DNA of 64,000 nt from Patescibacteria group bacterium (GTDB lineage: Bacteria > Patescibacteriota > Microgenomatia > UBA8517): NCBI GenBank assembly GCA_041499035.1, contig JBGQJK010000002.1, positions 6,571 to 70,570 on the forward strand, written 5' to 3'. Made by a program: the position numbers and the translations under genes. Of this stretch, positions 34,294-44,071 are shown in pieces. Numbering within the stretch: position 1 is the first letter of the stretch; each line of letters starts with the position of its first letter. Below the pieces are notes generated by a model. The model was not told where the DNA came from. It ran no database searches and saw nothing but the letters and a program-made list of their open reading frames with translations.

Positions 34294-36933
34294 ATGGCTG
34301 ACATGAATAGAGAATCAAAACTTCTGGTTTGTCTTTTTTCCGACCCGAACTTTTTAGCTATTACTATTCTGGAGAACCTTCTTGCTAAGAATTGTTTAGT
34401 AAAGATTGTTACAGGGAACAAACGTCTCTGGAGTGAAAAAACACAGCACATTTCACAAACAGGAAGATTCTCTTTCATAGGTCTTGAAGAATATAAGCAG
34501 TTTGGGAATTTTTCATACGCAATATTTTGTGGAGGTTTCCTAAAGAAAGAGACCGCTTACACCGATTTTAAAAAGTTTATATCTAACAAAAACTTCGGGG
34601 ACGCCAAAACCCTGGCAATCTTTCCTTTTGAAACATTTTCACTTAAAAGGAGCAGCAAAATTGCGATAAGCGGGAATGCCGGAATTATCTACTTGGGTGA
34701 TCTTATGGGACCCCGGATTGATCTCTCTAGCGATCTTTTAGTTCCATCATTAATAAACGAAATGGTTACCCAAAGGTCCGTAACCTTAGGAGTAGGGGAG
34801 CTTTTTTATCCGCTTTTTATAGCGGACGCGGGCAGAGTTATCGTTAAGTGGTTGCTGTCGTTTGGCCCTTATGGTAAAGACACTTTTCTTTTAGGCAAGC
34901 AGGTTTCAAGCGGAGATTTTTGGAAACAAAACCTAAAGTCTTTCCCGGATCTAAAAATTCTTTATGATACCGATATCGAAACCCGTTTTATTCCAAAGGG
35001 CTATGAAACACAATATATAAACTCAAATTTAAACATTTGTCTCAACGAGACATACAAGTGGATAATAAAAGAGAAGATTTCGGGAGCTACAAAACAAACG
35101 AAAAATCTTGCGCCTAAAAAAGCTAAGATAAGAAAACCTTCACGGCTCAGGTTTTTAAGACCTTTTCTTATACCTTTTTTTGTAGTTTTATTTTTTCCAC
35201 TTATCACCTCGATTATATCCGGCGGTCTTTTATACCTATCTTATAAACAGTTCCTCTCGGAGAAAATACCGAGTGCCCAAAATACTGCGCTACTGGCAAA
35301 GACTGTTTTTGTTATTGGAAAGTCGGAGAGCGATCTGTTGAGTATATTACCTTTAATAGGTAAACCCTTTAAGGAAACCTCTTATATTTCCAAGGCTGGC
35401 GAAACTCTGTCCGATATGGCGGTTAATGCTATGCCGATTCTGGATACGGCTCGTAGTATGGTGCTTACCATTTTAGGCACAGGGGTATATGACGTAAAAG
35501 CTCCTTCTCAGGAAATAAAGACGGGGATGGAATATATATATAAAGATATTTCTATCTTTGAGATTATTACTAAAGAAAAGGCTGGCCAAGGCGTCCTCTC
35601 CGCAAAACAAGTGCTTCAGGTTTTAGACCTCGCTAAACTAAAGACTCTTTCTCGGGGGGGGAGCCTTCTTGCGGGGCAGTTGCCTTTGATCTTAGGTGCG
35701 GATACGGACAAAAATTATTTGGTGCTTTTTGAAAACAACATGGAGCTTAGGCCTACCGGCGGATTTGTAGGTTCATACGGAATTGCAAATTTTGGCGGGG
35801 GAAAATTAAATGGGTTGACAATAAACGATATTTATTCAGCCGACGGGCAGCTTAAGGGCCATATAGAGCCCCCGGCGCCCATTAAGACTTATTTAAATGA
35901 AGCAAACTGGTGGTTTAGAGATAGCAACTGGGATCCGGACTTTCCTACCTCAGCTGAGCGTGCCGAGTGGTTTTTGGGCAAAGAAATGAATCAGAATGTC
36001 GACGGGGTTATTGCGGTCGATTTGGAACCCATTAAGAGCCTTCTAAAATACACGGGCCCGATTTTTTTGCCCGACTACAATTTAACCGTAAACTCTGATA
36101 ATTTATATGAAAAGACACAGGAAGAAGCACAGTCTGATTTTTTCCCGGGATCAAGGAAAAAAGCAAGCTTCTTAACGGCTCTTTCAAGGTCTCTTCTGGG
36201 TGAAGTGCCGAAGCTGAGTTCGATTAACAGAGTTTTGACATTGAAAGCTTTATACGAAAGCCTGAACGGGCGCCATATTCAGGTTTATCTTCATGATCAA
36301 AATTCGGAGGCTGCGCTAGACAGCCTGGCTTGGGATGGAAAAATTCAATCATATTCTTGTGGTGACAGTTGTTATTCAGATTTCTTTGGGGATGTTGAAG
36401 CAAATGTTGGCGTTAACAAGTCCAATTATTTTGTAAGCAGAAAGTTTGATTTTAAAGTAAATATAAGTCCCCAAAAAATTTCCAGACAACTTACGATTAG
36501 CCTTACTAATTCCTCTAATCCCTCCCTCGGGCCCTCGGGTGTTTATAAACCCTACTTGAGGCTTCTGATCCCTACCGACTCGGAACTTTTAGGCGTTAAG
36601 GTTGTGAGCAGTGGAAACGAAAAGATCTTAACTCCCGATATAACCCGGGAAAAAGGCCGGCAGGAGGTAGGGGTGTATTTCGAGATGACTCCAGGACAAA
36701 AAGATGACATTGAGTTTATGTGGCAGAACACTATTTCTCCTGAACCTGCAATAAAAAGTTATGGCCTGTTTGTTAGAAAGCAGGCTGGAGTTGACGCAGA
36801 TCCAATAACAGTTCAATTTACGGGAACGAGGAACGTTCAGAGCCAGCCGGTGTTTTCCTTGACCAAGGAGGGTGTTTACACGTATAATACTGCCTTAGGC
36901 AAAGACCTCTTTGCGAGATTAACCTGGAAGTAA
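34294..36933 (+). CDS. DUF4012-domain membrane protein with degenerate epimerase-like N-terminus
   Basis: YLVLFENNMELRPTGGFVGSYG, RDSNWDPDFPTSA, VDGVIAVD, NKSNYF. Confidence 0.85.
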   Translation: MADMNRESKLLVCLFSDPNFLAITILENLLAKNCLVKIVTGNKRLWSEKTQHISQTGRFSFIGLEEYKQFGNFSYAIFCGGFLKKETAYTDFKKFISNKNFGDAKTLAIFPFETFSLKRSSKIAISGNAGIIYLGDLMGPRIDLSSDLLVPSLINEMVTQRSVTLGVGELFYPLFIADAGRVIVKWLLSFGPYGKDTFLLGKQVSSGDFWKQNLKSFPDLKILYDTDIETRFIPKGYETQYINSNLNICLNETYKWIIKEKISGATKQTKNLAPKKAKIRKPSRLRFLRPFLIPFFVVLFFPLITSIISGGLLYLSYKQFLSEKIPSAQNTALLAKTVFVIGKSESDLLSILPLIGKPFKETSYISKAGETLSDMAVNAMPILDTARSMVLTILGTGVYDVKAPSQEIKTGMEYIYKDISIFEIITKEKAGQGVLSAKQVLQVLDLAKLKTLSRGGSLLAGQLPLILGADTDKNYLVLFENNMELRPTGGFVGSYGIANFGGGKLNGLTINDIYSADGQLKGHIEPPAPIKTYLNEANWWFRDSNWDPDFPTSAERAEWFLGKEMNQNVDGVIAVDLEPIKSLLKYTGPIFLPDYNLTVNSDNLYEKTQEEAQSDFFPGSRKKASFLTALSRSLLGEVPKLSSINRVLTLKALYESLNGRHIQVYLHDQNSEAALDSLAWDGKIQSYSCGDSCYSDFFGDVEANVGVNKSNYFVSRKFDFKVNISPQKISRQLTISLTNSSNPSLGPSGVYKPYLRLLIPTDSELLGVKVVSSGNEKILTPDITREKGRQEVGVYFEMTPGQKDDIEFMWQNTISPEPAIKSYGLFVRKQAGVDADPITVQFTGTRNVQSQPVFSLTKEGVYTYNTALGKDLFARLTWK

Positions 36934-36937
36934 AAGT

Positions 36938-37636
36938 ATGGACAAAAAAGTATTAAAAGCGGAACAAAGAAAATTAAGCGGGAGAAAAGTGAAAACCTTG
37001 CGTACCACGGGCCTCATCCCAGGAAATATTTATGGAAAAAAGACCAAATCTTTGGCCGTCCAGGTTGATAAAAAAGAGTTTGAGAAGCTTTACAAGGAAG
37101 TCGGGGAAACCGGGTTGGTTACACTTCAAGTAGGCAGTGATGAGCGGCCCGTTCTTGTTAACAATGTTCAGGTGCATCCCGTTACGGACGAGCCTATACA
37201 TATTGATTTTAGACAAGTTGATCTTAAGGTAAAAGTCACAGCTGAAGTTCCTGTAGAAGTAGTGGGCGAGTCGCCTGCAGAAAAACAGGGGATTGGAACC
37301 GTTGTTCAATACCTTAAAGAAGTCGAGATTGAAGCCCTCCCCTCGGATTTACTCGAGAAGTTTGAGATTGACGCTTCAATTCTCGCTGAAGTTGATCAGG
37401 CAATTTACGTGAAAGACTTGAAAGTAGATGCCTCGAAAGTTGAGATTAAAACAGGGGCCGAGGAAATTGTAGTAAAGGTTGAACCTCCTCAAAAAGAGGA
37501 AGTTGTGGAAGTTCCAGTAGTTCCTGTAGAAGGTGAAGTCCCGGCAGAGGGAGCGCCTGTAGCCGAAGGTCAAACACCTGGTGAGCAACCCGCCTCAGCT
37601 GAAGCTCCGTCGGGCAAGGAAGAACCTAAGGCCTAG
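36938..37636 (+). CDS. rplY: 50S ribosomal protein L25/Ctc
   Basis: LRTTGLIPGNIYG, VQVHPV...HIDF, VPVEVVGESPA. Confidence 0.95.
   Translation: MDKKVLKAEQRKLSGRKVKTLRTTGLIPGNIYGKKTKSLAVQVDKKEFEKLYKEVGETGLVTLQVGSDERPVLVNNVQVHPVTDEPIHIDFRQVDLKVKVTAEVPVEVVGESPAEKQGIGTVVQYLKEVEIEALPSDLLEKFEIDASILAEVDQAIYVKDLKVDASKVEIKTGAEEIVVKVEPPQKEEVVEVPVVPVEGEVPAEGAPVAEGQTPGEQPASAEAPSGKEEPKA
37585..37618. repeat. Short palindromic element (family P), in-frame in rplY
   Basis: GCAACCCGCCTCAGCTGAAGCTCCGTCGGGCAAG; related to 40625-40659 and 58328-58359. Confidence 0.6.
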
Positions 37637-37904
37637 TATAGTTTGGATCGATCTCCATTGCTTTATCCAACTTTCCTGTTTCAATCCATCCGGGCACATA
37701 GCTTGGGTTTTTATCCAAAAAAACTTCCCAAAAGTCTGTTGACTTATTTTGAGTCTCCGCCGCCAAAACCTTGACTTTTTTAGGTCTTAAATATGTGCTA
37801 ATATTTATTAAGGTTAGAAGAAGAGTAAAGAGTAGAGCAACGTAGATAAATAACTCTTTGGAAGCCATTTTGAGAGCATCGTTCTTGTTAGCAGTTTTGG
37901 GCAT
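37626..37904 (-). CDS. Small single-TM hypothetical protein
   Basis: One TM; FWEVFLDKNPSY...IDPN tail; TACAAT upstream. Confidence 0.65.
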   Translation of the reverse strand: MPKTANKNDALKMASKELFIYVALLFTLLLTLINISTYLRPKKVKVLAAETQNKSTDFWEVFLDKNPSYVPGWIETGKLDKAMEIDPNYTRP

Positions 37905-37938
37905 TTTCAAGTATTGTAAAAACATGCTACTATAAATC

Positions 37939-38469
37939 ATGGACGCAAACAATTCACAACCAACAGGGGGTAATTCAAATTTAAATAAGATAGAGGAAGA
38001 TTTGCAAAAACTGACTAAAGAAGCTGCGTCGACTGCGCCGGTCGCAGCCGAAGTTCCTGCACAAACTAGTCAAGAAATCCCTGCAGTAGAACCGCTGACG
38101 CCTGTTTCCCCGCAGCCCGCACCTGTTTCGGTTGAACCGGTTAACGTTTCCACTACTCCAGGAGAGACTCCGCCCCCGCCGCCGAATGTCCCGGTAGAAG
38201 GTGATAAAAAGGGTATGCCCTTGATGACCATTGCTATGGGAATTTTGATACTGGCACTGGTTGTTGTAATCGGTTATGTAGTTTACGTTAAAGTTACAAC
38301 TCCCGCTGCGCCTGCAGCAGTACAAACAGTAGACACTCCTCAACCGACAGATGTTCCTGTTACCGATGTAACCCCGGCTCCCGACGCGGCAGCAACACCG
38401 GCTGATGCAGTGGTTCCTACCGATACTCCGGCTGCTACCGACTCCGCGCAACCGAGCCCTACCCCTTAG
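37939..38469 (+). CDS. Pro/Thr/Ala-rich single-TM protein
   Basis: Low-complexity regions on both sides of one TM. Confidence 0.7.
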   Translation: MDANNSQPTGGNSNLNKIEEDLQKLTKEAASTAPVAAEVPAQTSQEIPAVEPLTPVSPQPAPVSVEPVNVSTTPGETPPPPPNVPVEGDKKGMPLMTIAMGILILALVVVIGYVVYVKVTTPAAPAAVQTVDTPQPTDVPVTDVTPAPDAAATPADAVVPTDTPAATDSAQPSPTP

Positions 38470-40612
38470 GCCAACTAGAAGTTATTAGAAGATCCTTGTT
38501 TCCCATTTCGTGCCAGATTTGTTCTGTGACAAAAGGCATAAAGGGGTGAAGAAGTTTCAAGAAAGTTTCTAGTCCTTTAATCATAACGTCTCTATCTATC
38601 ATTCCGACTTTTGTATGTTCTATACAAATATCGCAGTACCAATGCCAAAATTCATCATAAAGCTTTTCAGAAGCAAGGTTTAGTTGATACTTTTCTAACA
38701 ACAATGAAACCTCTTCAATGATTTTCTTGATCCTTTTGTTGAATTCATTGTTTTCACTTCCTGGGTTTTCACCGGATTTATTAGACTGAAGCATAAATAA
38801 AAACCTCGCAGCATTCCAGATTTTATTTGAAAAGTTTCTCATACCCTTTACCTTATCTTCAGATAGAATTACTTTTCCACCCGCCGGGGAGCCATAGAGA
38901 AGCGACATCCTTAATGCGTCGGCGCCGTACTTATCTACAAAATCCAGTGGGTTAACCACATTGCCCTTACTTTTACTCATCTTTTGGCCTTTTGAATCGG
39001 CAAGCATGCTCCAAAGGTAAACATCTTTAAAAGGAATTTCCTTTTTCAAGTAGAGCGAAAAAAGAATCATTCTGGATACCCAAAACTTAAGAATATCGGA
39101 AAGAGTTGCCATAAGGTCAGTTGGGAAGCGGGTTTTAAATTCATCTTCTTTTAGCGTGACCATTGGCCATTGACCTGAAGAGAACCAGGTGTCAAAAGTG
39201 TCTGTCTCGGGCAAATATTTACCTTTGGGTTTTCCTCTACTTACTATATATTTTGCGCTTGCGGGTGCTCTTACGGACTGAAGGCCTTTTTCCACATCAC
39301 CGAAATCAAAGTCTGATACTTTACCAAACTTCTTTTCTCGATCTTTTCCGATGAAGGAAACTTGTAAATCAGGATTGTCAGAAACGGAATACCAAACTGG
39401 GATTTGAATCCCCCAAACTATTTGTCTGCTGATCGGCCAGTCGTGCATGATATCAAGCCAAGTCAGCATATGCCGCTTAAATTTCTTGGGGTAAAACTTA
39501 ATTTCGTCTTTTTCTACAACCTCTTTAACCTTTTCTTTGAGCGTTTCTACTTTTATAAACCAATTCGGTATAGTTAGGGGTTCAAGAACATGACCGCATT
39601 TGTAACATGTGATTACGTTGTGTGTATAGTTTTCGTCAACTTTTTCTAAAAGGCCTTTCTTTTTTAGGTCTTCGACTACCTTTACCCTAGCTTCCATAAC
39701 TTTCATTCCTGCATAAGGTCCAGTTATACTTGTGAGCCTACCCCTAAAGTCGATGACGCTTTTTATTTCAAGTCCATGCCTTTTACCCATTTCGAAATCG
39801 GTTGGGTCGTGTCCTGGCGTTACTTTAACTACGCCGGTCCCGAAAGCTGGATCTACCGATTCGTCCTCAATTACTTTTAGTTTAAATTTACCCAAAAGTC
39901 CTTCGACTTCAATTTCTTTGCCAACCCATTTTTTGTATCTTTTGTCTTTAGGGTTTACTGCTACCGCCGTGTCACCGAATTTAGTTTCAGGTCTTACTGT
40001 AGCCAAAGTAAATGGCCCGTACTTTATATAATAGAGGGGATCTTTTTGTTCGACATGTTTTACTTCGAGTTCTGCTAAAGAAGTGCCATCGTGGACGCAG
40101 TAGTTGACGATATAACTATCTCTATATACCAGACCTTCAGCTTCCATCTTCTTGAAGGTCTCAAAAACCTGATTGATTACGTTTTCATCGAGCGTAAAGA
40201 CGCTTCTATCCCAATCAGCGGAGAAACCAAGGCGCTTAAATTGTTCAAAAATAAGTCCGGAATTGTTTTTGACAAAATCAAAAATGTTTTGATATAAAGT
40301 CTGGCGGTCAAAGTCCATTCTGGATTTACCTTCCTTGGCCAATTGTTTTTCGTAAACATACTGCGTCTCAAAGCCAGCGTGATCCATTCCCGGAATCCAA
40401 AGTGCGGAATAGCCATTCATTCGTTTGTAGCGGATCAAGATGTCGTCCACTGTGTACATTGCATGCCCGGCATGAAGTGAGGCATTGGCGTTTGGTGGGG
40501 GCATTAATATTGTATAGGGAGTACCCGTCTTACTTGCTTTAAATGCGCCGGACTCCTCCCATTTTTTATAAATTTCGCTCTCAAATTTTTTGTGATCGTA
40601 TTGAGGATCCAT
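38459..40612 (-). CDS. valS: Valine-tRNA ligase
   Basis: PPPNANASLHAGH, PGMDHAG, ATVRPET, WPISRQ, DTWFSS, KMSKSKGN. Confidence 0.96.
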   Translation of the reverse strand: MDPQYDHKKFESEIYKKWEESGAFKASKTGTPYTILMPPPNANASLHAGHAMYTVDDILIRYKRMNGYSALWIPGMDHAGFETQYVYEKQLAKEGKSRMDFDRQTLYQNIFDFVKNNSGLIFEQFKRLGFSADWDRSVFTLDENVINQVFETFKKMEAEGLVYRDSYIVNYCVHDGTSLAELEVKHVEQKDPLYYIKYGPFTLATVRPETKFGDTAVAVNPKDKRYKKWVGKEIEVEGLLGKFKLKVIEDESVDPAFGTGVVKVTPGHDPTDFEMGKRHGLEIKSVIDFRGRLTSITGPYAGMKVMEARVKVVEDLKKKGLLEKVDENYTHNVITCYKCGHVLEPLTIPNWFIKVETLKEKVKEVVEKDEIKFYPKKFKRHMLTWLDIMHDWPISRQIVWGIQIPVWYSVSDNPDLQVSFIGKDREKKFGKVSDFDFGDVEKGLQSVRAPASAKYIVSRGKPKGKYLPETDTFDTWFSSGQWPMVTLKEDEFKTRFPTDLMATLSDILKFWVSRMILFSLYLKKEIPFKDVYLWSMLADSKGQKMSKSKGNVVNPLDFVDKYGADALRMSLLYGSPAGGKVILSEDKVKGMRNFSNKIWNAARFLFMLQSNKSGENPGSENNEFNKRIKKIIEEVSLLLEKYQLNLASEKLYDEFWHWYCDICIEHTKVGMIDRDVMIKGLETFLKLLHPFMPFVTEQIWHEMGNKDLLITSSWPKG

Positions 40613-40624
40613 GGCTGTATTGCT

Positions 40625-40659
40625 TTGCCCTTCCGAAGCTTTATGCGAAGGAGGGTAGC
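40625..40659. repeat. Short palindromic element (family P) in the valS leader
   Basis: TTGCCCTTCCGAAGCTTTATGCGAAGGAGGGTAGC. Confidence 0.6.
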
Positions 40660-40720
40660 ATCAGGTTATATTCTATCATCCGAGTTTGCATTTTGCAGAG
40701 GGAGCGAGTAATATCTGAGC

Positions 40721-40960
40721 ATGCAAGAATTTGGATCGTCACAGGCAAGAAAAGCGAATCTTTTATGCACTGATTCATCTTGTGAATTAAATGAAACAGA
40801 ATCCCAACTACGGCCAGTTGAGGAAGTAATTGCTCTAGCTATGGAACACGATAAATTGGTAGGACATGAGGCTGTTGTAGTTCGCCACGATGATAGCCAC
40901 CCGCTTACTTCAGAAGAAGGAACAAAAGCCTGGATTGCAACTGGTACACTCCTTGTGTAA
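40721..40960 (+). CDS. Small hypothetical protein
   Basis: 79-aa ORF; CxxxxC...HxxxxxH may bind metal. Confidence 0.5.
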   Translation: MQEFGSSQARKANLLCTDSSCELNETESQLRPVEEVIALAMEHDKLVGHEAVVVRHDDSHPLTSEEGTKAWIATGTLLV

Positions 40961-40969
40961 ACCTTTTAT

Positions 40970-41062
40970 TTATTTCTTTTTAAGCGTCTTGAAGATTAAA
41001 AAACCCAAAATTGCCAGGAAGATTGAAACAATGGCAGATAGAATAGTCACGCTTACCGTCAT
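40970..41062 (-). CDS. 30-aa single-TM small protein (not in the ORF track)
   Basis: MTVSVTILSAIVSIFLAILGFLIFKTLKKK*; TGcTAAAAT 6 nt before the ATG. Confidence 0.65.
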   Translation of the reverse strand: MTVSVTILSAIVSIFLAILGFLIFKTLKKK

Positions 41063-41120
41063 TTGTTAATTTTAGCACCCAAACTTGATTTTTGCAGAAT
41101 GAAGCATATGATTGGGCTAT

Positions 41121-41342
41121 ATGGAGTTTGCTAAACCGGGATATCCCGAGGAACGTTTGTACAATTTAACCTTGGCGATTAGAGATGGTTTATTGGCAGA
41201 AAGGCAACAACCACAAGGTTCTATTACACTCATTTACAGTTTTGAACTTCTAAGAGAGGCGGCAAAAAAAACCGGTGATTCCAAAACGGAAGAAGAAGCA
41301 AATGCCCTTGTAGAGTACTTGTATAAATCACAACAGCCTTAA
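41121..41342 (+). CDS. Small hypothetical protein
   Basis: Helical-looking 73-aa ORF; TATGAT upstream. Confidence 0.5.
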   Translation: MEFAKPGYPEERLYNLTLAIRDGLLAERQQPQGSITLIYSFELLREAAKKTGDSKTEEEANALVEYLYKSQQP

Positions 41343-42356
41343 ATTGGGGCTCCGGTCAATTATATCTGGATTTGTAAATTCTCCTCTATCTGCCTTGAAA
41401 CTTGCGGCTACCCCGATCATTGCGGCGTTGTCTCCGTAGAGTCTTTTGGTATATGGGAACCAAAGTCTCAAGCCATATTTTTTACATAAACCCCTCAACA
41501 TTTTTCTTAAAGTGACGTTTGCCATTACCCCGCCTCCGGCCAAAACATCTTTAGCACCACCGATTTTTTGATTACGGATCGTATATTCAAAGACCCTGAT
41601 GAAATGGGTAAACGCAGCATGTTGGAACGACGCAGCCAGGTCTTTAATGGCCTGAGTATTTAGGCCTTTTTTACGTTTCAATTCTCCAACTTTTCTAAAC
41701 ATCGACGTTTTTACTCCCGAATAACTAAAGATCATTCTTTTTTCCTGACCTAAGAGGGGAATAGGGAGTGGATATTTTTTTGGATCACCTTCCTTTGCGA
41801 GTTTTTCTATAATATGACCCCCGGGGTAGCCAAACCCCAACATTCTTGCAGCCTTGTCCAATGCCTCACCGATCGCGTCATCTACCGATTGGGCAAGAAG
41901 TTTGTAACTTCCGATTTTGTTTATAAGAATAATATCCGTGTGTTTTCCTGAGGTTGTGATTCCAATAGCAGGAAAATCGGGAAGTTTTTCCAAATTCGCG
42001 AGCGGGCTTAATATGTGACCTTCAATGTGGTTCATGGCCAGAAAGGGCTTATTATATTTTTCCGACAGCTCTTTGGCTTTTTTAATCCCAACTTCAAGAG
42101 CAATGGCCAACCCGGGTCCAACAGTAACCGCTATGCAGCCCAGGTTTTCCATTTTCCATTTTCCATTTTCCATTGCTTTGCTTACTACAAAATCTATTCT
42201 TTCCTCGTGTTTTCTTTTGGCCAGAGAGGGAACAACCCCGCCGAACTTGGCGTGGAGTGAAGCCTGTGACCAAATGGTATTACTTAAAATTTTTGTTCCT
42301 TCAGTTACTGCTACGGCTGTCTCGTCACAGCTCGTGTCAATTGATAATATTTTCAT
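41328..42356 (-). CDS. tsaD: tRNA threonylcarbamoyltransferase TsaD
   Basis: DTSCDET, GPGL, NHIEGH, DDAIGEALDK, DNAAMIG. Confidence 0.95.
   Translation of the reverse strand: MKILSIDTSCDETAVAVTEGTKILSNTIWSQASLHAKFGGVVPSLAKRKHEERIDFVVSKAMENGKWKMENLGCIAVTVGPGLAIALEVGIKKAKELSEKYNKPFLAMNHIEGHILSPLANLEKLPDFPAIGITTSGKHTDIILINKIGSYKLLAQSVDDAIGEALDKAARMLGFGYPGGHIIEKLAKEGDPKKYPLPIPLLGQEKRMIFSYSGVKTSMFRKVGELKRKKGLNTQAIKDLAASFQHAAFTHFIRVFEYTIRNQKIGGAKDVLAGGGVMANVTLRKMLRGLCKKYGLRLWFPYTKRLYGDNAAMIGVAASFKADRGEFTNPDIIDRSPNLRLL
42145..42172. repeat. Perfect (TTTTCCA)4 heptamer repeat inside tsaD
   Basis: Four exact copies, encoding MENGKWKMEN. Confidence 0.9.
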
Positions 42357-43412
42357 TTATAGATTGCCCCAACTGATTAATCTTTCATTCTCTCCTGACC
42401 CGTATTTAATTTTTACCCAAATAATAATTGCTTCATCGTCAAACTCGCGAATGGTGTCGGAAACACGCTCGGCCCACTCAACAGCAATAACGGATCTGTC
42501 TTTAATTAGTTTTTCAAAATCCAAGTCGCGGATTTCGTTAGGATCGCTCATTCTCCAGGCGTCAAAGTGAAACAGTTTTTCTTTACCCGTTGCATATTCG
42601 TTTTCCAAAATAAAAGTTGGGGAGGTAACTAGTTCAGTTATTCCCATTGCGCGGGCCAGGCCCTTGGTAAAAACAGTCTTACCTGCTCCCATTTCGCCTT
42701 CAAGCGCGAAAACAATTGCGCGTTTGCCCTCATTGTTTTGATATTTTTGCCAGATCTCTTTTGCTAAATTTTGAGTGTTCTCTTCACCCCGGCTCAAGAC
42801 CTTATTTTCGTTAGAAAGTTTTATTTCTCCCTGTCTAAGGACCACAGGGTCGTCAAGAGTTGTATCGACTACCGTTGAAGGATCATTTTTTGGTAATTCC
42901 CCGGCGTCAATTATTAAATCAATCAAGCTTTTTTGTTTTGCGCTGATGTTTTCCAAAATATCCGATATTTGATAAGGTCTCTTTTTATAACTGGCATTGG
43001 CTGATGTTGAGGTTATTGGCTTTCCAAATTTCTTAACGATATCAATAACAAGTTTGTAATCCGGAATGCGAATTCCCAAGGTTCCGTCCTCACTTTCAAC
43101 TTCGGGAGCGGTTTTGTGCTTGCCTTTGGAAATGATGGTTAGCGGTCCCGGAAGGAATTTCTCGTACAAATTTTTCGCTGACTGGTTTAGAGTTACATAT
43201 TCTTCCGCCATTTTTTCATCAGTTACAGCTATTGAATAAGGTTTGCCGAACGGCCGGTTTTTGTATTCGGTTAATTTCTTAACAGCATCGGGGTTTGTGG
43301 CGTCGGCGCCGATTCCGTAAAGAGTTTCCGTCGGATAGATAATAAGTCCACCACGCTTAAGTACTTTAACCGCTTTTTGAACCGTACGTTCGTCATTTTT
43401 GGTCACTTGCAT
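42357..43412 (-). CDS. tsaC-tsaE: Fused TsaC (YrdC/Sua5) and TsaE (YjeE ATPase)
   Basis: N-half PTETLYG, PGPLT, STSAN, PSTVVD; C-half GEMGAGKT, SPTF, HFDAWR, VEWAE. Confidence 0.92.
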   Translation of the reverse strand: MQVTKNDERTVQKAVKVLKRGGLIIYPTETLYGIGADATNPDAVKKLTEYKNRPFGKPYSIAVTDEKMAEEYVTLNQSAKNLYEKFLPGPLTIISKGKHKTAPEVESEDGTLGIRIPDYKLVIDIVKKFGKPITSTSANASYKKRPYQISDILENISAKQKSLIDLIIDAGELPKNDPSTVVDTTLDDPVVLRQGEIKLSNENKVLSRGEENTQNLAKEIWQKYQNNEGKRAIVFALEGEMGAGKTVFTKGLARAMGITELVTSPTFILENEYATGKEKLFHFDAWRMSDPNEIRDLDFEKLIKDRSVIAVEWAERVSDTIREFDDEAIIIWVKIKYGSGENERLISWGNL

Positions 43413-43454
43413 TTGGCTATTTTACCACGAGATCTTTTGTAATATAGTACCCAC

Positions 43455-44060
43455 ATGTATCAGATGGTCGAAATGATGAGGAACTTTAAGCCCGCAAAAG
43501 ATGTCTATGATACGGTTGGCAAAAAACGAGCAGAGGACATCTTTAAAAAAATAGAAAAATATCTCGGTAAAAACGATAAAATTTTGGAACTGGGAGCCGG
43601 AACTTGCCATATCGTTGAATTTCTGAGGAATCGTAACTTTGATGTAACCCCATTGGACGTTATAAATATAAGCTTCATTGATGGTATAAACCCGATAATA
43701 TACGATGGAAAGACAATTCCCTTTAAGGATAATTATTTTGACATTTCGCTATTAATCACTGTATTACATCATTGTCAGGATCCTGAAGACGTCTTAAAAG
43801 AAGCTAAGAGAGTATCAAAGAAAGTAATTGTTATCGAGGATGTTTATGATAACACTTTTGAGAAGTACGTGACTTTTGTATGGGACAGTTTAATAAATTT
43901 AGAATTTTTTGGACATCCCCACTCAAATAAAAGTCACAAAGAATGGAGGGAAACATTTAAAAAACTTGACCTAAAACTCGATGGTTATGATAGGAGTCCT
44001 CTGGTAGGCGGATATTTGAACGGCACTTACTTTCTTACGAAAACCAAACCGCAACCCTAA
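43455..44060 (+). CDS. Class I SAM-dependent methyltransferase
   Basis: ILELGAGTC, IPFKDNYFD, VLHH. Confidence 0.88.
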   Translation: MYQMVEMMRNFKPAKDVYDTVGKKRAEDIFKKIEKYLGKNDKILELGAGTCHIVEFLRNRNFDVTPLDVINISFIDGINPIIYDGKTIPFKDNYFDISLLITVLHHCQDPEDVLKEAKRVSKKVIVIEDVYDNTFEKYVTFVWDSLINLEFFGHPHSNKSHKEWRETFKKLDLKLDGYDRSPLVGGYLNGTYFLTKTKPQP

Positions 44061-44071
44061 GCACGGGTGTA

